Shown here: positions 34,001-43,900 of the stretch, one piece after another | Layout: each line of letters begins with the position of its first letter | Numbering within the stretch: position 1 is the first letter of the stretch | Virus record (IMG/VR): IMGVR_UViG_3300024999_000002 | DNA length: 64,000 bases | DNA from: a virus | Direction: 5' to 3' (one strand) | Program-made: the position numbers and the translations under genes | Notes under the pieces: generated by a model | Told to the model about the DNA's origin: nothing | Databases searched by the model: none | The model's input: the letters and a program-made list of their open reading frames with translations, nothing else

Positions 34001-34980
34001 ATGTTGCGCCATATATCAATAGTAGCCCCAACTTCTTTTAGTTGCTCTGAACTAATTGTTGGTTTGCCTAATATATTCTGTATTTGACTTAATTGCTTAT
34101 TTGCAACGTCAAGTAGGAATTGTGCAGTCTCATTACTATTTTCTCCAGTAGGGTCTGAAGTTAAGATATCAATATCATACTCAATCTCCCCAATTCCAGT
34201 TTCTAAATCTAATCTTGTAATAAGTGCGGCATCTAACTTGTCTTCAAGTATTTGTTTTCTCTCTGCAGAGATACCTGCTTTAGCGAGTTCTCTCTTGAAA
34301 GATTTAATATCTGTCCAAGTTTTAGATAAGGTTCTTTGTTTATCCCTAATCTTAGCCTCTAATTGTACTCTAAGTTTTTGAAAGGCAGGGCTAAGAGTTG
34401 CCATATCCCTAGAAACATCAGGATAGAAATCTATAGTAGTTTGGCCATCAGGACTTATAAGCTTGCGCATTACAAAGATCCTATGATTTCCATCAGTACT
34501 TTGTCTTACTTGAAAGGAAAAGTTAGGACTAAGATTTAATGTCTTAACCCAATCTTTTGTAGACTGACTATCAGGATCAACTTCCTTTATCTTTCCGTTC
34601 TTATTTAATAGGTTGTAATGTTCATAGGTAATCTCGTTACCTTTTAACTCTATTACATCACTCTTATTAAGAGGAGCAGATGAGCCAATAGGAAACTTCT
34701 CCCTAACCTGCATATACCAATTCTCTCCTATCTTATTTGCAGAGAATAGTAAGTCTGAATATTTCTCATTTAATTGAGAACTCTTCATAGCAGCTTCATC
34801 ATAACTCATTGGAACTAGAGTTCTATTATCTGTAGAAACCAAATTTTCTTCTAGGAAGACATTACGTTTGAAAGCTAAAGGATTACTTAAGTATTCCTTT
34901 AATCCTTTAGCCTGTCCGTACTTATCAGTATACTGTTTTAAAACAGGGTTAGTTGTTGAATCTATCCAGCACTTTGCCAT
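31060..34980 (-). CDS. 1306-aa virion-associated or ejected protein (unknown function, C-terminal hydrophobic segment)
   Basis: Uninterrupted 3.9-kb ORF, 1 nt from the upstream giant gene; LMEIYMYSAMFTLYLLLKAAM. Confidence 0.6.
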   Translation of the reverse strand: MAKCWIDSTTNPVLKQYTDKYGQAKGLKEYLSNPLAFKRNVFLEENLVSTDNRTLVPMSYDEAAMKSSQLNEKYSDLLFSANKIGENWYMQVREKFPIGSSAPLNKSDVIELKGNEITYEHYNLLNKNGKIKEVDPDSQSTKDWVKTLNLSPNFSFQVRQSTDGNHRIFVMRKLISPDGQTTIDFYPDVSRDMATLSPAFQKLRVQLEAKIRDKQRTLSKTWTDIKSFKRELAKAGISAERKQILEDKLDAALITRLDLETGIGEIEYDIDILTSDPTGENSNETAQFLLDVANKQLSQIQNILGKPTISSEQLKEVGATIDIWRNIKSVMFKGETNLNEEMINALNAIQNRADSEDIFQRWWTLVGGHIIEMSNENKRLLPSELTEMSDISTARMLAIDASQSGNRLVQQIDLWLRGEMFRAQTEVDDTFKKIDEMFEGMTNFDWLFKQDSAGKYTGGLVTRYSSEYDEALAKAKSTFENYKENLKNAGSSTHKAYKDFMEWKKDNMISIDFRFFTDPEHKTAAHEDSKSYFKYLVDQLGEKRAEELRDSAVEKYQKYLDSRTILEEDMHTQELAGIISHEEYSNKLRTWINFHSPIVYLDQLSGERPFFTQSYNGYVREVPVKTDEKGRDMGYYSPEFQNIENDPKLNEVYNYIRELMYEQKSYLPNYLIHELGYNFLPQVKKDLVDGVLDKSVSGIVKGLHKSFIEGITSEEGLDKRFVDVDPYTKKPYKQIPTRFLRPLAEEDMSRNMPAILKAFSQMALTYKYKSKVEDKVLLAQRILDNAEELRLNSNGDVIKNKAGDNLVETKDGLPNLKALTSYTINAILYNEKKNDEGTMKKKLFDSEVERKRYKELEKERDIIEEKLFNGEITEEQYDEQMQPLIVEAQGLGRNLVFSKIGDKLLRYNQALTLGLNVFSGINNWIFGVVSNLTWASSNKDFSQRDVINAFGLVSSSALNLKNKKLDKISNLAARFDIIGDAIESQYGETKSTNKTMEKLKNFPYILLRSGDFFIKATTMTSLLLSNKIKDKNGKERTLLEAFNNDGTWNVEEFGDNKDWGGDIRNSDEMKEFIRFKNKVVDINKTLHGNFDPNSPQMAKKWILGRMLGQFRLSWAATGIESRFGSKRYSDVLERTVEGRYRSYSRLGFNQSLKVLFNLSMMKGDKAFDGIRSKDIELIKENMRKNLMEIYMYSAMFTLYLLLKAAMDDDDDMSPGMKITLNTLNRVMGDTTFYFSPATFDQILNRGSIIPVFNIYKNFQTAKDQTMKYMQGDDNTDKEDVINAWGKNLPYWSQYYKIQSMGKKLQE

Positions 34981-34981
34981 A

Positions 34982-37900
34982 TTACTTACACTTAAATTTA
35001 ATTTCTTTTGATTCCATCATTTGTCTTAAAAGTTCTCTTTGTCCTTTATCTAGCGTACGCATGTATTCCCCTACTGTCATTCCTAAATCTTGCTGTTCTG
35101 CAACAACTGATAAATCAGCTATTTTATTATTAGGATCAAACATCCAACTTATATCACCTGGATCAGGTCTATTGTATTCTGCTTCAATCATTGAAACCTC
35201 TTTAAAATTAGAGGGCCTATCTGTGCTTAAATCTCCCCTACTTATTAAATCTATTGTAGAAGTTATAGTTGCTTTAAGAACACTCTTATCTCTAACTTCA
35301 ACTCCTAAGAATTCACCTAATTTTAAAAGTAACTCAGCTACAACCTGTTTTAATCTAGCAAATACAGACTGTTCTTCGTTGAAGTCCATTGCATTAAGTT
35401 CTTTCTGAAATTCTGGAGTACTCATCGCCTCTGCAATAAACTCACTTACCTTAGTGTATCCGTATAATCTAGAAGCATTTTCTGGAACTTTAGCCTTTCT
35501 TTTTTCTTCCTTAGCTTTTATTAACTCTTCCTTTAATGCTTTTAAGTCTCTTTTATCATCAGCATTAAGAGATTCAATTGCAAAGTTATGAATATATTTC
35601 AATTTTGCAATAGCTTGTTTGATTTGTGGCGTTAATTTTGAATTATTTGGATCAGTTTCAGATAGATTAATTAATTTACTAGTATATGCGTGTATTAACT
35701 CGTGTACTAGCACCCTTTCAATATCACTAGCAATGACCTCTCTGTTGTGTAAAAACTTAGTACTATTTTTAATTACTGTAGGATTAATTCTTAAAGAGTT
35801 TTCTTCCCAATCAAATTGACCTGCATCCTTTAAATCATTATCAATTTCAGCAGTAAATTCCATAGATAAATAATCACCTTGAGCTGAAAGAAAATCTAAA
35901 ACAGCTTTATAAGCCGGATCAGTAAAGGCCTTCCTCATTTCATTTAAAGCCATAATACCTTTATACCCTCTTGTCGGTATGTAATTTTTAACAGCTACCT
36001 TACCTTCATGGAATGCGTTAGCAACAGCATCATCAAAACCTATATCCATACCATTAAGGGCTTTCTTGGGTTTTAAAACGGTTGCATTATCATCATATAA
36101 ACTAACTGCAGTTCCATTTGCATTGTATTCTTTAACACCTGTAAGTTTAAGATTGGCTGAACCTAACAATGGAATTTGAGTATAAGTGGCTGTAATACCG
36201 TCTTCAGAAACTTTTTCAAATAGTGTCCATCTATTATTCTTACGATCTCTTACAGTTACAAACTTAGCAAGTTTTATAACTATTTTACCATAAGCATTTC
36301 TTTCTTTACGAAGTAAATCACTTTCCTTTTCACCATCTATAATTAATATACCTTTCTTAGCCTCTGTATCTGACTTAGGGGCATAACTAGGATTATGTTG
36401 TAAGAACTGTTTTACAAATTTATAAGTATTAACATTATCAAATGTTCTTAAATTTTGCCCAATCTTTTTAACCACTAAGTAATCAGATGGTACATACTTA
36501 ACAAATTGTACAGCCTCTTGTAGACCACCTGTTAAATAAGCATAAGCCACAAGTTTCTCTCCAAGTTCACTAATCTTAGGATCCTTAGAAGTTAACATAT
36601 CAACAAAGCCTCTGATAACATTAATATCATCAGTTCTTTCTACTTGAGATGCCACATACTTAACTGTAGAAGGTTGTCCCTCTTTTACTGCAGAATCCAC
36701 GAACAGGTTTCTTACGAAAAAATTTTTCCTACCAAAGTCAGTTTTCTTAAGTGCTTCAACTAAAGTTTTTAAAGATGGGCCTTTATCTGTCTCTGTAAGG
36801 AGTTCTTCTAATGTCCAATCCCATCCAAGACTCTGTTGAGTAAACATGAACGACTTTAATTCTTCAAATATTTCTTGTCTAAACTCAGTATTGATATCTT
36901 TAAGATTTCTAAGGTTTTCTAATTCTCCTGTAACTTCTTGAACAGCTGCTTCATTATAAGGAAACAACTGATTTAAGGTGTCATCCACTAAAGCAACATA
37001 CATGGCAACATCTCCAGCTTCTCCATAAAGAGCCTGTTCAGCATTAGCAATAAGTTGCTTGTTACTCAGTCCATCAATTTGAATTCTTTTCTTAGCTATC
37101 TCTTGTAGGTTCTTTCCAAAACCTTTACTATCAGTAGATACAGCTCCGAACACTTCAGATAGTTCCCTACCAACTTCATCTAAGTAACTAAAGTGCGCTA
37201 GTATCTCTAATTGATCTCTAACATAATCAGCTCCATTAGAACCTTTGTTCTTAAGCATCTCTTCCATATCATTTAAAGAGAATGATTTGTTGGTAGTATC
37301 ATATTTTGGAGCTACAGGTTCACCTTTCTCATTAACTGTGGCCAGTCTACTTAAATACTTTTCCTTAAGTAACTTGATTACATATTTGTTTTTATCTTTA
37401 GTAAATACATTGTTAAGACCGTCAGAAAGAGTCTGCATCTCTGATACAAAATCTCTAACAATCTCTTGTCTTAAAAAGAAGGCATTGTACCTTAAATCCA
37501 GAGCTTTACCTTTTTCAGTTTGAAGTAAACTGATTATAATAGAAGCATTGAATGTGGTCATGTTAAAGTTGTTCTTATCTAACTTAGGGTCTTTAGCATT
37601 ATCTACAGCAGCACTTTGTTGTAGAATTAAGTTCTGAATCTTTGTTCTTTGCTCTCCTTCAAACTTAGATATACCTACTCCTGATAAATCAGTCAGCATG
37701 ATTGGGTTTTCACCCTCTCTAAATCCTTTGAAGAATATTCTCTCTTTTATTAATCCATCATCTGTTTTAACAATTTTACATAAATGTAGAGCTTTATCTT
37801 GTATAACAGTAGCACCTACTACAGCACGAGAGTACACACTAACACCATCCTTACCGGCACGTTGTGAGATGAAGTCATCCATCTGACGTCCTGGGGAATT

Positions 37901-40900
37901 AAATAGTTGATCATTAACAATATTGTCTCCAGTAGTCTCTAAGTCTTTCTTATCTAATGGTTCAAGACATTTCTGCATAACCTTAGCATTACTTAGTATT
38001 GACCAGTGAATATCAATGTATGCATTCTGTAGTACCTTTTTAGTTAAGGCCTTTGAATACATTGTTTGGATATCCTCCATAGTAAGACCTCTGTCTTCTA
38101 GTATCTTCTTAATTGCTGCTTTTTCTTCAGCCTTAGTTGGCTCTGCGACTTCTTCTCCCTGCCCTTCAGCAAATTCTGCAGCGGCTTCTTCTAGGCTACC
38201 TTTAATAATACCTTTAGCAGCTTTTTCAATTTCTTTTCTAAGTGCAATCTTACCGGCAAATTGTTCTCTAATCCACTTATCAAGTTCTTTATAATTTATC
38301 TCTCCAGTTTCTGTATCAATTGCAGAAGGAATTTTCTTTAGTTCTCCTTTTTCATTTACTATAGTATTGAACATGTAAGAGTATAACTTATCCACGTCAA
38401 AGTCAGAGCCCATTTGTTTTGTGATTTGACTAGGAACAATGATTAAGTCTCCCATTACAGCAGGTAAAAAGCCTACCACTTTTATAGCTACCTGTGAACT
38501 GTGGCCTTGGTTAGGAATACGAGCACCTATTAAATTAAGGAGTTCTGGATCCACTTTATCTATGTCCAACATTCCTTTATTAGGGCCTTCCTTTATAACA
38601 TATTCTTGTACATCAAGGAGTTCTCCTTTATTGTTTAAGAATTTAAATGGAATCAATACCTCACAATATGATATTACCTCAGGATTTTCTCCTTCAGTAG
38701 TATTTAAGAATTTTAATCCTGTCTTAGGGTCAAATCCTTTAGTATAAACAATACCAGATTCTTTAGCTAGCCTGCTAGGATTCCAAGTCTCTATTTTAGG
38801 AGCCTTGAATCCAATAGAAGAACCTTGGATGAAGGATTTACCAGACATCTTTTGTTTTACAATAGGATTGAACAATGATAACAACATTGACTCAATCTTA
38901 TTAGCACTATTATTAAAAGCTAAAGGAATTACAAAATTACCTTCCTCATTTATTTGAAGAGATTTGATACTATTAATATCCCAACCTCTACCAATAGCCT
39001 CTTCTACAAGAGCCTTCTGGATTAAAGGAAGTGATTTCTTTGTGATAGTAGGTACACCTTCTATGTCTTCAATACCTAGTCTCTTAAATAAACTGTCCTT
39101 AGCCAATCTAAACAATTGTTTTCTAAGTTCATCCTTTAAGTTCTTAAGTTGTGCGGCAGTATAGCCTTTCTTACCTAGAAAGTCAAAGCCTTCATAATCA
39201 AGTATACCTTCAAATAGAAGTTTATTCATTTGAGAAATTGTAACAATCTCTCTTTTAGTTGCCTCATAAGGAACATCTTGTTGGATTAAGAATCTATTCT
39301 TATCCATCTGATTCATGTGTTCAGCTTTGAATTGTAGGTCTTGATGAATATTACCGTCTGCATCTGCAATCTCAACTTCATTAACACCGCCTATCTTAAC
39401 TCCAGTCATGAACACTAATCTATCAACACTCTTACCTTTAACTCCTTTAGCGTTAGTTCCACGTTCCATAGCAATTCTAAGAGCATCTAACCCAACACCT
39501 TTTGTTATATTAGGTATTAATGGGAATGCCGAAGTCTTAATATACTTAACAGTCCTGATACCATCAGGGCCAAAGCTAGAATAAACTTGTACAGGTTTCT
39601 GTGCTTGGAATACTACAGAAGCTTTCTTAAGAGCATATAACTCATTTTGTTCTAAGTTATAGTCATAGTCACCTTTAACTTTAGCCTTGTATATTTTAGT
39701 TATAATAGAAGCAAAAATCTCTTCTGGTATTCTACCATAGTTCATTAAATCATTTAAGTATTGCTCAAGTGTAACTAATTCTTGGGCATCGGTACCTGCC
39801 ACATTGTCATAGCCGAGTTCCTTAGCATACCCATCTACAGTGTTTGAGGAAACATCATCCTTAGCAAATACAGTATTATAAAACCTTTTACCTTTCCATG
39901 TAAATCCTCTACGATCTGTAAATTCCCATTTGGTATTACTTAACATACCGGGAGCAATATCTTTAGCCTCTCTCTTCTGATATTCAGCAAGAGTCTTCTC
40001 AACAGTACCTTTCCATGCCATAGCAGGATCACCTAGTATAGTTTGCATCATACTAGTGGTTGTTAAGAAGTAGTTAACATTGTAATCAGCGGCAACAAAA
40101 GCTAAAAGAGCTTCCCCTTGTAATCCTTGGCCGTATTTATCTACATACTTTTGATTAAAAGGAGTAGTATATTTAATAGGCTTACCTTCAGCTATCTCTT
40201 GTGGAGTCTGTTCTACTTCAGTGGCTAAACCTGATTCTTTCATGTAGTCGATAGAAGTGTTAATCATCTTAGCAACTTCTTCTGCAACTACAGCCTCAAG
40301 TGTAAGTAGGCCTTCACCTTGAAGTAAATCATAATTCATTACTCCATTCTTTCTAACTACATTATTTAAAGCTGGGAAGTGGAAGAAGTATTGACTACCT
40401 TCATAATACTTACCATAATTATCTTTCATCCATTTAACAGCCTTTTCTTTATCTTCAAACTCTTTTATTTTAGAATCTAATATAGAGTTGACTTTTAGCA
40501 TTCTGTCTGCTTCTCCCTTAACCACATTCATGAATCTAGCTAATAGTCTTGCAGAGATTGATTCAGCTGTAACTTTACCATCTACAAACTTTGTAGAGTC
40601 AATACCTAATTTACCATCACTAAATCTTATTCTAGGCGCTTTAATCATAAGAGATGTAGACTTATCAGATTTAGTTAAATCTACAATAAACATCTCGTCA
40701 TTACCATTATTAAAGAATCTACTTAATGTGTCAAGCATTAATTCCCTTTTAGACATATCAGATTTAGTAATACCTTCTTTACCTCTAGCTTGCTGACGCA
40801 TACCGTCAACATATTCTATAGCAAGTACCTCTAATAATTTAGGAGTATAATCCGGATCTAACCATAATGATCTTGAGGAATATGAGTCTAATTTTAAAAG

Positions 40901-43900
40901 GCTACGTAATTTTTCATTATTTATAAACTCTCTTGTTTCAAGAGTTTCAAAGTTATGCATACCATAAGCATAGATAGTCTTACCTTCAACATTCTTGAAG
41001 GTCTTAGAGAACATTACAGAAGAGAACTTAGCCTCTTGTGCTGCTAATAGTTTTAATACTTTCTCTTGTTGTTCCCCAACAAATGGATTGTTCAAAGCAA
41101 ATACACTATCTGCTTCTACTTCAACACCATCAACAACTTTCTTAGGAACTTCTCTGGTTAGAGAGTCCACAATTATAGAGAATATCCCATTAGGATTTCC
41201 TTGTTTAACAAATTGAAATTGTTGAAGAAATGATCCTGATACTGAATATCTACTTTGTACTTGTTTATTACGTGCTTTAAAAGCAGTATGATTTAGTGTA
41301 TCAAGTAACTTCATAGTATCATCAAAAGCAACGTCACTCATCATTATGCCTGTAAAAGCAAATAAGTCTTTTACAAATGTGATTAAATCCTCTTTAGGAG
41401 TTTTAGAATTAAACTTTAACATTCTTTCTTTGAACACTAAGGCTCCTTCTTTATTAACTACAAGTTCACCTTTAGCATTAAGGGTTGTACCATCAGAGTT
41501 TTTAAAGTTCTCATTCCACTGCCCTAAGATACGTGATTGTACAGTATTTCTATCTGAGTTAGCCACCTTACCGCTAATACTTCCATCTGCATTCCTTGTA
41601 TAAAGAACCATTTCAAATGATTGGTGATTCTTTCCAAAGACAGAAACAAATTCATTCTTAACTCTGAAGTCAGTGTCTTGACTAGTAAGTTTATCAAAGA
41701 CTTGTTTAAGATACATCTTAGCAGGGTTCTCTGTATAGATATTTCTTATAGTACCTAGAAAGTCATATAGGTTAATATCAACAGGAGATAAAGCCTCAAG
41801 TAAATCATCCCAAGCAGTATCAAGTGGTATAGCTTTTTGTATTCCAAGTACCGTGGATTCCTCGGCCATTAGGGTTGAAAGCCATAGTTTAATTCTAGAT
41901 GATGCTGTATTCTTGCTATTAAGTTGAAATGAAGCCCCATCCATGAAACCTTTTCTTTCATAGCCCCCTTCATTTTCTCCCATCTCTACTCCATTCTCTT
42001 CAGTAATTTCATCTCCATTAGAATCTTTAGGAGCAGCCTCAGTTAACTTATCATTAACTTCCTTGAAGCCAACTTTCTGTAAATCAATCTTAGAGAACGC
42101 TGTAAATTGTTCCCAAACCTCAGGTTTAAGTACTCTCTCTAATTCAGAGAGTTGTGATTTTAATACTGACAATGAGGACTTACTATATTGAGCATACTCA
42201 GGGCTGGCTTCAAATTCTTCATTTAATTCCTCTTGAGTATCAAATTGTGCAAGATATTCAAGATTAGATTTATAAGCTTGTAATTCTCTTTTAGCATTAT
42301 CAAAAGCTTTTCTAACATAGAATATATCACCTTTCTTAGATGTCTCCATATAAGCATTCTGAATAAGGAATCTGATGATGCCTAAGATTTCATCCTGCTT
42401 CTCAGAATCATACATATATTCCCCATCTCTAACAAGGAGACCTGCTGATTTATCCTTAAATTCCTCTTGTTCTTCTGGAGTCATTAAGGCATCAGTTGTA
42501 TCAGGTTTAGTTTCAACCTGTGTGCCTAAGTGATTACTTAATCCTGCAACTTTAGGTTTAGCTATTCTAGCTTTCTTAGTTCCTTCTACTTTAGGAGTTT
42601 CTACCTTAGGCGCCTCAACAATAGGTTCTGCGATAGTTTCAGTTTCTTCCTGTTTAACCTCAGTAGACTTATCAATAGCCATTACAGAGTGAATAGTATA
42701 TACAGGCTTTCCATTAGGAGCAGTCTTTTCCCTTAAGTTAGTATTAACTAAGTTCTTAACATGCTCATTGTATGGTTGTGTACTATCTTGAAATTCTCCT
42801 TTAGCCTTATCATATGTTAAGATATTGATAGGATCTCCGGTATTAATTCTAGATAACTTCACAGAGAAGTTACTTCTGTGTAATACTTCCTGAAGCAATT
42901 CTTTATTTCCGGGATAGTTAATATTAAATTTACTCTTAGGATCTTTATTATTTAAACTGATAGTTACACTCTTATTGTTATAATCAACAATAATATTACT
43001 CTTATCAGCATCTATTCTTATTGTAGGTCTTCCAGCTGAAGGCTTAAAGTCTAGAGAAGGCATAAATACATACTCAGAAATAAAATCTCTAAGACCAGAA
43101 GTAGTCATAATATCTCTACCACCTGTTTTAGAATTTAGTTCTTGTGCGCGAGCCTTGGCTTCTTTAGTTGCTTCGTCCTCTAATTGTGAGAATTGAGTTC
43201 TTAAATCTATAGCAGCCATGATAGCATCAACCATTCCTGGAGTAATCTTACCAATTGTAGCGGGGGTAGGAATGAATTTACCATTAGAAGTAGGAATCAT
43301 AACAAATACAGTACCAGTCATGTTACCCTCTTGTAGTCTAGATTCATACTCATCAGAAATAGCCAAGTCTCCATCAAATAGTCTATCTCCTTGTACTCTA
43401 AATCCTTTATTGTAAATTGTAAAAGGTTGAGTATCTTGCCCCCATATATCTAAGTTTAGAATATTAGGTAAAGCGTTGCCAACAGTAGTCTCAGACTTAT
43501 CTGCAGATTTAATTAATCTACCAATACCTTTTTGATTGATAGTATACGTAGCATTCAATGTAGGTTGTGAAGTTAATTCTTTTCTAAGATCTGTGATGAT
43601 CTTAATCTGGGCTTCTAGATTACCTTCTAAACCTTCTTGTTCATTTGCAATATGTAATGAACGGCCATTCTTCATAGCACTAGTCCATTCAATTGTAGGT
43701 AAGTAACCAATCTTTACTCTCTTACCTTCAACTTCAATTTCAATTTTAATTGGAACATCCAGTGGAGTACTTGATTTAATCTCTCCATAGGTAGTTTTCT
43801 TTACTACAGGTTTACCGGCAGCATTGTATGATACAGAGTCACCTACATATGTAGTATCAAAGGATAGGAATACCTTGGTACCTACCCCAACAATTTCTGG